DNA of 64,000 nt, from positions 3,785 to 67,784 of the forward strand of contig JAUUYL010000006.1 of NCBI GenBank assembly GCA_030590485.1, read 5' to 3'. The notes beneath the pieces are model-generated. The model made no database searches and had not been told where the DNA came from. It saw nothing but the letters and a program-made list of their open reading frames with translations. Shown here piece by piece: positions 9,177-19,119 of this stretch (position 1 is the first letter of the stretch; each line of letters starts with the position of its first letter). The DNA comes from Lentisphaerota bacterium (lineage in GTDB: Bacteria > Verrucomicrobiota > Kiritimatiellia > UBA8416 > JAUUYL01). The position numbers and the translations under genes were made by a program.

Positions 9177-10979
9177 ATGGTAAAAGCCCGTTCGAAATCC
9201 AAAAAAGTGCCTAAGCAAGCAAAGAAACCTGTAGCCACGAAGAAACCTGCGGCGAAGAAGAAACCTGTGGCGAAGAAGCCGGTAAAGAAGGTTGCTGCGG
9301 GTAAGGCTTTGAAAAAGGGTGGAAAGGCTGGCTCAGAGAACCTTGATGAACGTTTGAGGCGTGAGCAGCGTAATACGAAAGTCAAGGCGCTGATTAAGAT
9401 CGCGGAGACTCAGGGGCATTTGACTTTTAATGATGTCAATGATGCTATCCCTGACGATGTAGTGTCTTCGGATGAACTTGAGCAGTATCTTGTTCTTTTG
9501 CGCGGCATGGATATCGAGATAATTGAATCGACCGCAGTTGATAAGGTTGCCAAGAAGAAGGTGGTCAAGACGGCGAAAAAAGCTGAGCCGGCTAAGTTGG
9601 ACTTTTTTGACGATCCAATCCGTATGTATCTTCACCAGATGGGTCAGGTTCCTCTGCTTACCCGTGAGCAGGAAGTCGAGATATGCAAGCGTATAGAAGC
9701 TGCTGAGATATCCGTGAAGCAGATTTTTAATCGTTTTGGCTTTGCTTCTGATATGTATCTCGCGTTGCTTGCGAGGCTGGAAACCAGTCAGGAGCGTTTC
9801 GACAGGATTGTTACAGATAAGTATGTAGACAGTCGTGATGTTTACATGCAGGCCTTACCCAAGATTAAGAAGGATTTATTAAAGAAGCAGGCGCGGCTTA
9901 TCAATCTCAGTGTTGCTTCCCGAAAACCTAAGCTTTCAAAGGGTGTGAAGACCCGGAAACTCCATGAGCTCGAAAAGGCGCGTGAGACTATGGCGAAGGC
10001 CTTCGTGAAGTTGCATTTCAAGCAGAAGGTCATAGAGACCATGGCTGCTGATGCTGAAAAGCATTACCTGGGTTTTTATGAGGACATAGCTGAGCTGGCT
10101 AAGATTGACAGGTCCAGAAAAAGCAAGAAACGGACCTCGGCATTGGCGGAGACCAGAAAGAAAATTAGAGAATCTGAGTTGATTTTCTGCCTTACGAGCG
10201 ATGAAATTGTTGCGATGTGCGACGAGCTTATAAAGGCGATAGACGCAGGGCAGAAGGCACGAACTGAGATGGTTGAGGCTAATCTGCGGCTCGTAATAAG
10301 TATAGTGAAGAAATATATGAACAGAGGGCTTTCATTTCTGGATCTTATCCAGGAGGGGAATACAGGGTTGATGAAAGCTGTGGAAAAATTTGAGTACCGG
10401 CGTGGATATAAGTTCAGTACGTACGCTACATGGTGGATAAGACAGGCGGCCACTCGGGCCATCGCAGACCAGGCGCGTACAATCCGTATTCCGGTGCACA
10501 TGATAGAAACAATTAACAAATTGCTCAGGGTGCAGAAGAAACTTGTGCAGGAGTTGGGGCGTGAGCCGTTGCCTGAAGAAGCAGCGGAAGAAATGGATAT
10601 GCCCGTCGAAAGGGTGCGTGCTGTTTACAAGATGGCGCAGCAGCCTATTTCTCTGCAAAGTCCGGTTGGTGATGCTGACGACGCAAATTTCGGAGACTTC
10701 ATTGAGGACAAAAGCGCAGAGAATCCTTCTGAAATGACGGCGTATAGTATGCTGAAGGACAGGCTTAAGGATGTTCTGGACACTCTGACGGAAAGGGAGA
10801 GGGCGGTGCTTGATTATCGTTTCGGATTGACCGATGGGTACTCAAGGACTTTAGAGGAAGTCGGAAAACAGTTCAATGTAACGAGAGAACGTATCCGTCA
10901 GATTGAAGCCAAGGCACTTCGTAAGCTAAGACATCCAACTCGTATGAGGAAGTTGGAAGGTTTCCTGGAAATGAAGTAG
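9177..10979 (+). CDS. rpoD: RNA polymerase primary sigma factor RpoD with Lys/Ala-rich N-terminal extension
   Basis: [42 protein letters not shown] and [20 protein letters not shown]. Confidence 0.97.
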   Translation: MVKARSKSKKVPKQAKKPVATKKPAAKKKPVAKKPVKKVAAGKALKKGGKAGSENLDERLRREQRNTKVKALIKIAETQGHLTFNDVNDAIPDDVVSSDELEQYLVLLRGMDIEIIESTAVDKVAKKKVVKTAKKAEPAKLDFFDDPIRMYLHQMGQVPLLTREQEVEICKRIEAAEISVKQIFNRFGFASDMYLALLARLETSQERFDRIVTDKYVDSRDVYMQALPKIKKDLLKKQARLINLSVASRKPKLSKGVKTRKLHELEKARETMAKAFVKLHFKQKVIETMAADAEKHYLGFYEDIAELAKIDRSRKSKKRTSALAETRKKIRESELIFCLTSDEIVAMCDELIKAIDAGQKARTEMVEANLRLVISIVKKYMNRGLSFLDLIQEGNTGLMKAVEKFEYRRGYKFSTYATWWIRQAATRAIADQARTIRIPVHMIETINKLLRVQKKLVQELGREPLPEEAAEEMDMPVERVRAVYKMAQQPISLQSPVGDADDANFGDFIEDKSAENPSEMTAYSMLKDRLKDVLDTLTERERAVLDYRFGLTDGYSRTLEEVGKQFNVTRERIRQIEAKALRKLRHPTRMRKLEGFLEMK

Positions 10980-11031
10980 CTGCCTGGCCTCCTGGCCAAC
11001 GGATAAATAACCAAGATTAAGGAGAAATGTA

Positions 11032-11463
11032 ATGGATAAATATTTTTTATCACTTGAAGAGCTGGTAGTAGTTGGTGTGTGTTCGCTGGCATGGTTCGTT
11101 GTGGGCTTGCAGCTGGGCTCGCGAAGGAACAAGAAGAAAGGTCGTGGACCATCTGCTAAACGTCGTGGTGGATCTGATCGAAACAGGGGTGGGCGGGGAC
11201 CTAGTAATGGTGACGTCGAGCTTTATGTCGGCAACTTGTCGTATGATGTTTCTGAAAAAGATCTTAAGCAGGCATTTAAGGAGTTCGGGAAAGTCGCTTC
11301 AATCCGGTTGATCAAGAATAAGTTCAATGACAAGTCAAAAGGTTATGGCTTTATTGAAATGCCCAACAGGAATGAGGCTGAGCTGGCGATCCGCAGGATG
11401 AACAACAAGGACATCCAGGGGCGCAGGATTATTGTTAACGAAGCTAAAACCAGAGAGCGTTAA
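11032..11463 (+). CDS. RRM (RNP-1) RNA-binding protein with N-terminal hydrophobic segment
   Basis: RNP2 LYVGNL, RNP1 KGYGFIEM, C-terminal IIVNEAK; RBS AAGGAG upstream. Confidence 0.9.
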   Translation: MDKYFLSLEELVVVGVCSLAWFVVGLQLGSRRNKKKGRGPSAKRRGGSDRNRGGRGPSNGDVELYVGNLSYDVSEKDLKQAFKEFGKVASIRLIKNKFNDKSKGYGFIEMPNRNEAELAIRRMNNKDIQGRRIIVNEAKTRER

Positions 11464-12865
11464 AGCAGGCAATATCAGGCCGACGAACTATATAAGTACC
11501 AGAGGCAGCATCGACCCTATCGGGTTTAGTGATGCCGTACTCATGGGTCTTGCCAGCGACGGCGGATTATTGCTTCCTGAACAGATTCCGGATGTTTCCG
11601 ATAAACTTGCCGATTGGCGAGGGTTGTCGTATGTGGAGCTGGCAGAAGAAGTAATGTCCCTTTATGTGGACTTGCCGCGTCCTGATCTCAAGAAGCTTCT
11701 TGAGCAAAGCTATGGGACTTTTTCGCATAATGAGGTGACTCCTGTCGTTTCTGTTGGCGGTATTCATGTGGCTGAGTTGTTTCACGGGCCGACATTGTCG
11801 TTTAAGGATATTGCACTCCAGTTCCTGGGTAACCTGTTTGAATATATTCTCGCTGAGACTGGTGGCTCTCTCAATATAGTGGGTGCGACCAGTGGTGACA
11901 CAGGAAGTGCAGCTATATATGGTGTAAAGGGCAGGGATCGGATTCGAATATTCATCATGCATCCGCATGGGCGGACGAGCCGGATACAAGAACTGCAGAT
12001 GACGACGGTTCCTGATGAGAATGTTTTCAATATCTCGGTTGAGGGAGATTTTGACGATTGTCAGAATGTTCTGAAAGGCATGTTTAATGATCTTGAGTTC
12101 AAGGAGGAGTTTTCGCTGGGTTCGATTAATTCCATAAACTGGGCACGTCTGCTTGCTCAGATCGTGTATTACTTTTACGCTGCTTTCAGGGCTATGGATA
12201 TTACAGGGAAGACTAGGGTTTCGTTTTCTGTTCCCACCGGTAATTTCGGCGACATTTTCGCCGGCTATATAGCCTCAAACATGGGGTTGCCTATTAAGAA
12301 GCTGGTCTTGGCAACCAACGAGAATGATATTCTTTCACGCTTCTTTAATACCGGAGTGTACAGTCTTGGTGATGTTCATGCTACTATCAGTCCTTCCATG
12401 GATATTCAGGTGGCCAGCAATTTCGAGCGTTATCTTTACTACAGATGTGACAAGGATGCTCGAAAGTTGTCGGCTTTGATGGACGAGTTTAGTAAGTTGG
12501 GTCGGATGGAAGTGGAGAGTCTTTCTGATGAGGGTGTTGACGGGTTGTTTGACGCTACGGCGGTTGATGCTGAATCCACGCTCAAAACAATTCGCGAATA
12601 TCATGAGAAGTATGATTATCTCCTGGACCCACACACTGCGGTGGGGGTTTTTGCGGGAGACAAATTTGTTGAGAAGGATGTGCCGATGATCTGTCTGGCA
12701 ACTGCGCATCCCGCAAAGTTTAGTCAGGCTATTATTGACGCGCTTGGAGAGAACGTTGCGCATCATCCGGCTATTGATAGTTTGGAGGGGATGCCGACGA
12801 GATGCAGTACGTTGCCTGTATCTGTGGATGCTGTTAAGTCGTATATTAAAGGGAAGTGTATATAG
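11432..12865 (+). CDS. thrC: Threonine synthase (start uncertain, see findings)
   Basis: YISTRG, GLASDGGL, ELFHGPTLSFKD, ATSGDTG, NSINWAR, VPTGNFGD and ATAHPAKF. Confidence 0.95.
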   Translation: MLTKLKPESVKAGNIRPTNYISTRGSIDPIGFSDAVLMGLASDGGLLLPEQIPDVSDKLADWRGLSYVELAEEVMSLYVDLPRPDLKKLLEQSYGTFSHNEVTPVVSVGGIHVAELFHGPTLSFKDIALQFLGNLFEYILAETGGSLNIVGATSGDTGSAAIYGVKGRDRIRIFIMHPHGRTSRIQELQMTTVPDENVFNISVEGDFDDCQNVLKGMFNDLEFKEEFSLGSINSINWARLLAQIVYYFYAAFRAMDITGKTRVSFSVPTGNFGDIFAGYIASNMGLPIKKLVLATNENDILSRFFNTGVYSLGDVHATISPSMDIQVASNFERYLYYRCDKDARKLSALMDEFSKLGRMEVESLSDEGVDGLFDATAVDAESTLKTIREYHEKYDYLLDPHTAVGVFAGDKFVEKDVPMICLATAHPAKFSQAIIDALGENVAHHPAIDSLEGMPTRCSTLPVSVDAVKSYIKGKCI

Positions 12866-15102
12866 TGGATAAATTAAGTGAACAGGTTTTAATGCATCTG
12901 TCCGATCAGGGCAATACGCCCATGAGTTCCGGGGAGATCTCAGCGGTTCTTCAGCTGGGGCTTCATGCACCTAAGAAGTTGCAGAAATCGTTGAGCCGAC
13001 TTGTGTCGACTGGCAAGATTGTACGGTCCAGAAAAGATAAGTACATCATGGCGGCGCCTGCAGACCTTGTTACGGGCACCCTGGATGTGTTGCGCAGCGG
13101 TAATGCATTTCTCGCGCCTGCCAGTGGTGGAGAGGATGTGTTTATTTCGTCGCGGGATATGGGGACTGCGCTTCCTGGAGACATGGTGGTGGCGCGTTTA
13201 TTGCACGAATCGTTGAGCAGGGCTGGCGACAGTCGCAATGGCAAGGTAATCAAGATTCTTGAACGGGGCAGGCATGATATTGTCGGGACATTGGCGTCAA
13301 CAGGTAAGTTTCTGTATGTTGTGCCTGTAAGTCCTAATTATTCAAAAGATTTCTATGTTCCTGATTCTGCAGGGGCAAAGCCTGGAGACCGCGTGGTAAT
13401 AAGGTTTTCCAGCTGGCTGAATAAGCATGTCAGCCCTGAGGCTGAGATTGTCGATGTCATTGGGCCTGCATCGGATCCATCGTTTGATACTACTGCGCTG
13501 GTTCGTCATCACGGGTTCAGGACGGATTTCCCGACTGCAGTCTTGGCGGAAGCTGAATCGGTTTCGACATTAATGGAAGAGCCGGGTGAAAGACTAGATT
13601 TTCGAAAGAAGTTTGTAATGACGATCGACCCTGATTCCGCTCGTGATTTTGATGATGCGCTTTCACTCGAGCGTGACGATTCTGGCAACCGTGTGCTTGG
13701 GGTTCATATTGCTGATGTTTCTCATTTCGTCAGGAAGGGTAGTCCTCTTGATAAGGAGGCTAAGGCACGGGGTACGAGTGTTTATCTTCCTGATCTGGTT
13801 ATACCGATGATACCTGAGCAGTTGTCCAATGGAGTTTGCAGTCTCAAGCCGAATGAAGATCGCTTGGCGTTCTCGGTTTTCATGACTCTCGACAATGGCG
13901 GCAAGGTCATTAAGAGTGAGTTTGCAAAAACAATTATACATTCAAAAGTTCGTCTTACATATGGGCAGGCGCTGTCTATTCTTGAGGGTAAGAAGGATCC
14001 TTCGGTAAATGTCGATGGTACGGATAAGTTGCTCAAGGAGTTTCATGCTATTGCGCAGAAGTTCAGGTCGGAGCGGTTTGCCCGTAATGCCTTGAATCTT
14101 GACATGCCGGAATGTGAAGTTGTTTTGGACAAGAGTGGGCGCATGACTGGGGTCAGGCTTCTTGAAAATGATATTTCGCATCAGTTAATCGAAGAATGCA
14201 TGGTTGCGGCTAATGAGGCTGTGGCGCGCGAGCTGGCCAATGAAGGTATGCCGATTATTTCCCGCTTTCATGATAATCCACAGCCTAAAAAGATCGAGGA
14301 TTTGCAGGCTACTCTTGCAGGGATGGGGCATCAGCCTGGAGATTTGTCTAATCCGTCTAATCTGGCAGCATTTCTCACCAGGACAGCGGATGATCCTTTG
14401 GCGCATAGTATTAAGATTGCGGTGCTCAGGAGTATGCAGAGGGCGGTATATACGGCGCAGGAGCGTGGGCATTTCGGGTTGGCAAAGGCGCATTACGCGC
14501 ATTTCACTTCGCCCATAAGACGTTATCCTGATTTGGTTTTGCATCGGCAACTGACTGAATTTTTGTGTTTCGGCAAGAAGAACTCCTACAAGAAAGATCA
14601 GCTTGAGTTGATAGCTCAGTCTTCGTCAGAAACAGAGAGGGAAGCTGATGAGGCTGAACGAGCCATTCTTGAGATTAAGAAGTATCGCTTCCTGCAGCAG
14701 CAGATTGACACGGACAAGGTAGAAACATATGAAGCGATTGTGGTGAAGGTTTCCAATGTTGGTTTGTTTGTCGAGTTGATTGATATTCAGGTGCAGGGAT
14801 TGGTTCACATGAGAAAAATTTCCGGCCGTTTTGTGAATTTTGACAAGAAAGACATGTCCTTGTCGGATGGGCGCAAACGTTTCAAGGCGGGTGACCGGGT
14901 GAATGTCTATGTTTCGAACGTGGACTTCGAGAAGCGTCGTCTTGATTTTGGTTTACAAGGTCAGGAGGGGCGTGCTTCGGGTAAGCCTGGTAGAAAGCGT
15001 ACGGGAAATAATCCTGGTAAAAAATCTGTTTCTGGTAAATCTGGACGTAAGCGTTTTTCGAATCAGTCTCGAAAGAGAAGAGGCCCCTCAAAAAAACGCT
15101 GA
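12865..15102 (+). CDS. rnr: Ribonuclease R
   Basis: TIDPDSARDFDDA, VHIADVSHFV, HFTSPIRRYPDL, S1 domain and basic tail; GTG overlapping the thrC stop chosen as start. Confidence 0.95.
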   Translation: MDKLSEQVLMHLSDQGNTPMSSGEISAVLQLGLHAPKKLQKSLSRLVSTGKIVRSRKDKYIMAAPADLVTGTLDVLRSGNAFLAPASGGEDVFISSRDMGTALPGDMVVARLLHESLSRAGDSRNGKVIKILERGRHDIVGTLASTGKFLYVVPVSPNYSKDFYVPDSAGAKPGDRVVIRFSSWLNKHVSPEAEIVDVIGPASDPSFDTTALVRHHGFRTDFPTAVLAEAESVSTLMEEPGERLDFRKKFVMTIDPDSARDFDDALSLERDDSGNRVLGVHIADVSHFVRKGSPLDKEAKARGTSVYLPDLVIPMIPEQLSNGVCSLKPNEDRLAFSVFMTLDNGGKVIKSEFAKTIIHSKVRLTYGQALSILEGKKDPSVNVDGTDKLLKEFHAIAQKFRSERFARNALNLDMPECEVVLDKSGRMTGVRLLENDISHQLIEECMVAANEAVARELANEGMPIISRFHDNPQPKKIEDLQATLAGMGHQPGDLSNPSNLAAFLTRTADDPLAHSIKIAVLRSMQRAVYTAQERGHFGLAKAHYAHFTSPIRRYPDLVLHRQLTEFLCFGKKNSYKKDQLELIAQSSSETEREADEAERAILEIKKYRFLQQQIDTDKVETYEAIVVKVSNVGLFVELIDIQVQGLVHMRKISGRFVNFDKKDMSLSDGRKRFKAGDRVNVYVSNVDFEKRRLDFGLQGQEGRASGKPGRKRTGNNPGKKSVSGKSGRKRFSNQSRKRRGPSKKR

Positions 15103-15123
15103 TCCTTGAAGCCGTGAACCTCC

Positions 15124-16680
15124 CTAGGTTAGGAGTTGTTCTTCTTCCGGTTTGTGGAAATGCTTCGCGCGGTGCCATGACTGAACCGACAGGTATACGG
15201 CTATAATCAATGTGAGTAGTATTATTCCGCCGCCGTATATAAATAGTGCTCTTGCTGGGTATGCGCCATCGCCGTAGGGGTTGTTGATGTCACCTCTAAT
15301 TGCCTGTATCAGAATAATTGTGAGTATAACTGGTGTTATGTATTTAATGCATATATCCCAGAGCTTTGACAGGCGCGTGGCGCCGAGGCTGTTGACGTGG
15401 TTTCTGGCGACATGTGCTTTGAGAACCCATCCGACGAAAATGCATTCGAGCAGGCCTCCGGTTACCAGTCCGTATTGATTTATAAAGTGATCGACGATAT
15501 CCAGTATCGATAGTCCGGCTCTTGTGGTGAATATTGAGCTTGTGACGAAACCGCAAATACAGAAGACACTGATGGTAGTGCTTCTCTTGCAGGCGAACTT
15601 GTCGGTGATAGCGCATACGAATGCTTCGACGAGAGATACGGCGGAAGAGAGGCCGGCGATAAATAAAGTAAGGAAGAAAGCGGCGCCGAAGATCTTGCTG
15701 CCGACAGGAAGCTGGTTGATTGCTTCGGGGTAGACGATAAAAGCCAGGCCAACGCCATCTGCGACGACCTTATCGATAGGTACGCCTTTCTGGAGAGCCA
15801 TGAAGCCTAGTGTACCGAATACCGCGAATCCGGCAAAGAATGAATAGGCGCAGTTAGCGAAGGCGGTGATGAGTCCGTTACGGACGATGTCGGTTTTTCG
15901 TGGCAGGTAGCTGGCGTAGGCGATCATTATTCCGAAACCGAGTGAGAGTGTGAAGAATATTTGGCCAAAAGCATTAAGCCAAACGTTCCAGACTTCTGAG
16001 TTGTTGAAATGCTTGATGATGTTTATCTTGTCCCAGTCGGGTGTGAGGTAGTGTTTGATTCCCATCATAGCGCCATCGAGGGTGAGCGCCCAGCAGACTA
16101 GTACGGTTGTCAGTACGAGGAGGATGGGCATGAATATCATGCAGGCTTTTTCGATACCGTGATTGATTTCCTTGAAGCATATTGCCCACGTGATGATCCA
16201 CACAACGGCGCTTGCCGCAAGTATTTTCAGATTACAGCCCCCAAGATCAAATGGGTCTCCTGAGCTATTGAGGAATGTCTTCTCGAAAAAGGCACCTGTT
16301 TCGGTGCCCCAGCTTAGTTTGAAGGAAAATAGAAAATAGTTAAGACACCAGGCGATTACGATGGAGTAGAAAAGAAGTATTCCGACGGAGGCTACTGTGG
16401 GCATCCACCATCCTACCCATTCCCATTTTTTATCTATTCGGGCGAATGCAAGTGGAGAAGCACCTTTTTCTCTATGTCCAATAGTGTACTCCAGGATGAT
16501 CAGCGGGAGGCCAGCTATAATGAGGGCAAAGAAGTAGGGGACAAGAAAGGCGCCCCCTCCGTTTTCGTATGCCATGTAGCTAAAGCGCCAGATATTGCCC
16601 AGGCCTATTGCGGAGCCTATTGCGGCGAGTAGAAATCCAAGTTTGCTTCCCCATATTGCGCGGTCAGGCTGTTCGCTCAT
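15124..16680 (-). CDS. Sodium-dependent transporter, NSS/SNF family
   Basis: GSAIGLGNIWRF, GGGAFL.PY, QIFFTLSLGFG and GLAFIVYP; about 11-12 TM. Confidence 0.93.
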   Translation of the reverse strand: MSEQPDRAIWGSKLGFLLAAIGSAIGLGNIWRFSYMAYENGGGAFLVPYFFALIIAGLPLIILEYTIGHREKGASPLAFARIDKKWEWVGWWMPTVASVGILLFYSIVIAWCLNYFLFSFKLSWGTETGAFFEKTFLNSSGDPFDLGGCNLKILAASAVVWIITWAICFKEINHGIEKACMIFMPILLVLTTVLVCWALTLDGAMMGIKHYLTPDWDKINIIKHFNNSEVWNVWLNAFGQIFFTLSLGFGIMIAYASYLPRKTDIVRNGLITAFANCAYSFFAGFAVFGTLGFMALQKGVPIDKVVADGVGLAFIVYPEAINQLPVGSKIFGAAFFLTLFIAGLSSAVSLVEAFVCAITDKFACKRSTTISVFCICGFVTSSIFTTRAGLSILDIVDHFINQYGLVTGGLLECIFVGWVLKAHVARNHVNSLGATRLSKLWDICIKYITPVILTIILIQAIRGDINNPYGDGAYPARALFIYGGGIILLTLIIAVYLSVQSWHRAKHFHKPEEEQLLT

Positions 16681-16793
16681 TGTTCAGTTCCATTCGTATT
16701 TTTGCTGTCGGTCTTGTCGTACGAGTCGACTATATCGCGCAGGTACACGAGCTCGTTAATAATTTCATCTTTACTTTTGTTTCCCCAATCCAT
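16677..16793 (-). CDS. Small hypothetical protein (38 aa) overlapping the transporter start (ATGA)
   Basis: AAGGT RBS, ATG 16793, MDWGNKSKDEIINELVYLRDIVDSY...; its stop overlaps the transporter ATG. Confidence 0.45.
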   Translation of the reverse strand: MDWGNKSKDEIINELVYLRDIVDSYDKTDSKNTNGTEQ

Positions 16794-16992
16794 TCGTCGA
16801 CCTTGCTGTGATGTTGTGTAATGGGATATGTTATATGAGAGTGTGGTGTCAAGGATGAAGGAGTTGGAGATTTTCTCCTTGCCGATAATGTACAAGAAAT
16901 TGCCAAGAATTTCCAAGCCTTTACTTTTGAATTAGTGTATTATCCATAGGTATTGACAAGTGTTGTTGCAAACAAATAGCAGGAGAGGTCGT

Positions 16993-18312
16993 ATGGCGAA
17001 GTATTTTCCAGAGATCAGAGGTAAAATCAAGTATGAGGGGGCGGATTCCAAGAATCCGTTGGCTTTCAAGTATTACAATCCCAGAAAGAAGGTTGGCAGG
17101 AAGACGATGGAGCAGCATTTGAAATTTGCTGTTGCGTATTGGCATACCTTTAAGGGGACAGGTGCGGACCCGTTTGGTGGTGGTGTTTACGATCGTCCGT
17201 GGGATCATGCTTCGAGCCCTATGGAGCAGGCCGAGAATACTTTGGATGCGGCTTTCGAGTTTATTTCCAAGATGGGCATCAAGTACTATTGTTTCCATGA
17301 TCGTGATATAGCACCTGAGGGCGCAACGATTAAGGAGACAAACAAGAATCTCAAGAAAATCATTAACAAGGCTGAGAAACTTCAGAAAGAAACAGGCGTA
17401 AAGCTTCTTTGGGGTACGGCTAATCTGTTTAGTCATCCACGTTACACAAATGGTGCCGCCACGAATCCTGATCCAAGGGTATTCGCGCAGGCTGCGAGTC
17501 AGGTTAAGCGTGCTATTGATGCTACTGTTCAGCTTGGTGGTACAGGATATGTGTTCTGGGGTGGAAGGGAAGGTTATGTTTCTCTGATTAACACAAATAT
17601 GAAGCAGGAACTGGATCAGCTTGCCCAGATGTTGCATATGGCTGTTGATTATGCCAAGCGCGCAGGTTTCAAGGGTAAGTTCTTTATTGAGCCCAAGCCA
17701 AAAGAGCCGTCGACACATCAGTATGATGTTGATGCGGGGACGGTGCTGGGTTTCTTGACGAAGTATGACCTTCTTGATGATTTTGCTCTAAATATTGAGG
17801 CTAACCACGCGACGTTGGCTGGTCATTCTTTTCAGCATGACTTGCAGGTGGCTTCTGATGCCGGAATGCTTGGAAGTCTGGATATCAATCGTGGTGATCC
17901 AACTTTAGGGTGGGATACTGATCAGTTCCCTACGGACATCTATGATGCTGTTTGGGCGATGTACATTATTCAGCAGCAGGGCGGATTGAAGTACGGCGGA
18001 TTGAACTTTGATGCGAAGGTCAGGCGTTCATCGTTTGACACTGTTGATCTGTTTCATTCTCACATAGGTGGCATGGATACATTTGCAAAGGGTCTTCTGA
18101 TTGCTGACAAGATGATTAAGGACAAAGCATTGAGTCAGCCTATGGCTGAGAGATACGCTGGTTTCAAGCGTGGCATGGGTAAGAAGATCATGAAGAATGA
18201 GCTTACCTTGACCCAGCTGGAGAAGATGGCGATAGAGCAGGGCGAGCCACCTATGCTCAGTGGCCGCCAGGAAGAGCTGGAAAACATTCTCAACAGTTAT
18301 ATTTTCGGCTAG
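16993..18312 (+). CDS. xylA: Xylose isomerase (class II)
   Basis: [49 protein letters not shown] and NFDAK; RBS AGGAGAGG. Confidence 0.97.
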   Translation: MAKYFPEIRGKIKYEGADSKNPLAFKYYNPRKKVGRKTMEQHLKFAVAYWHTFKGTGADPFGGGVYDRPWDHASSPMEQAENTLDAAFEFISKMGIKYYCFHDRDIAPEGATIKETNKNLKKIINKAEKLQKETGVKLLWGTANLFSHPRYTNGAATNPDPRVFAQAASQVKRAIDATVQLGGTGYVFWGGREGYVSLINTNMKQELDQLAQMLHMAVDYAKRAGFKGKFFIEPKPKEPSTHQYDVDAGTVLGFLTKYDLLDDFALNIEANHATLAGHSFQHDLQVASDAGMLGSLDINRGDPTLGWDTDQFPTDIYDAVWAMYIIQQQGGLKYGGLNFDAKVRRSSFDTVDLFHSHIGGMDTFAKGLLIADKMIKDKALSQPMAERYAGFKRGMGKKIMKNELTLTQLEKMAIEQGEPPMLSGRQEELENILNSYIFG

Positions 18313-18404
18313 GAGCCATGTCTAGAGGACATTTGAAAAGGTTTCAGGATGCATGATTGATGGTGAATGGCTGATGGTCTAAATAAATAGCTGGAGATAT
18401 TGAC

Positions 18405-18530
18405 ATGGAAAGTGATGTTGTTGCTCCGGGATTACAATGTTTGGATTGGGTTGTCATCAGTGTGTATTTCTTGGCACTTGTAGCGATTGTCTGGTGGTCT
18501 TCGAAAAAACAGGACACGACGGCTGACTAT
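18405..18530 (+). pseudogene. Truncated N-terminus of a sodium:solute symporter (SSS family)
   Basis: LDWVVISVYFLALVAIVWWSSKKQDTTADY matches the SSS first TM, but the expected FLAGR continuation is absent and the frame runs into non-homologous sequence to 18686. Confidence 0.7.
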
Positions 18531-18661
18531 TGTAGTTATCCTTGGATTAGTTTTGCTGATGTACCTCTATTTCAGCTTCTGGTTGAGTTAGAGTTTTTTG
18601 TAAGGGAAAACCTTACAAAAAATATCTTGCACGGGGCGAGGTCAGGTGAGATGATACTTTC

Positions 18662-18774
18662 AAATGGGCATTTGGTTACAGCTTAGTCTGGTCCACCTCC
18701 AGAGGCAGCCTCGTCTACAAGCAGGACATACGTTGGCACCTGGGTCAGGCTTTCAAACCGGGCCCGTTTTTTTT
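18662..18774 (+). ncRNA. Candidate structured non-coding RNA (long rod closed by its termini, ending in poly-U)
   Basis: aaatgggc/gcccgttt, ttggtt/aaccgg, agctt/aggct and ggt/acc pairings; T-run after; no family recognised. Confidence 0.45.
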
Positions 18775-18812
18775 CTTTCTTGCAATAACGTTTTTGAATT
18801 CACCAAGAATAC

Positions 18813-18841
18813 TTGACATAAGGAGTATCTAAGGCTAAAAC
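18813..18841 (+). promoter_or_regulatory. Sigma70-type promoter of tRNA-Thr
   Basis: TTGACA-17 nt-TAAAAC. Confidence 0.65.
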
Positions 18842-18863
18842 ATCAGGCGCTTGGAATTTTCAA

Positions 18864-18939
18864 GCCAGCTTAGCTCAGTTGGCAGAGCAAGTGATTTGTA
18901 ATCACTAGGTCGTCAGTTCGAATCTGACAGCTGGCTCCA
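18864..18939 (+). tRNA. tRNA-Thr (anticodon UGU)
   Basis: Acceptor GCCAGCT/AGCTGGC, D-arm, anticodon loop TT-TGT-AA, GTTCGAAT T-loop, encoded CCA; 76 nt. Confidence 0.97.
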
Positions 18940-19119
18940 TACTCCATTTTATGAGTAAACACTATATGCCCTGTTTTTCTTCTCGAATGACAACCGTTTT
19001 CAGGCGCTTGTCGCAATCATAAAATTGCTAAATTTGTTTTGATTTCGGTTCTGTATTCCTTTATGGTTATTTTTGTGCGTCTAATATAGCTTAATGTTAA
19101 CGGTTAACGGGAGTTACTG

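Noticed and set aside
9177-9330. Histone H1-like KKP repeats of RpoD and basic tails of Rho, RNase R and ClpP
   Set aside because: Low-complexity extensions common in these families; not distinctive
16921-17718. 265-aa minus-strand ORF and the many similar antisense ORFs in the track
   Set aside because: Lie opposite well-supported genes and show no motifs
18405-18686. 93-aa ORF as an intact gene
   Set aside because: Only the first 42 aa resemble SSS; the rest is read-through
18690-18750. ZTP riboswitch or SRP RNA identity for the 18.7-kb structure
   Set aside because: Only cacctggg and gcagcc fragments match; core motifs are missing and no fitting downstream gene
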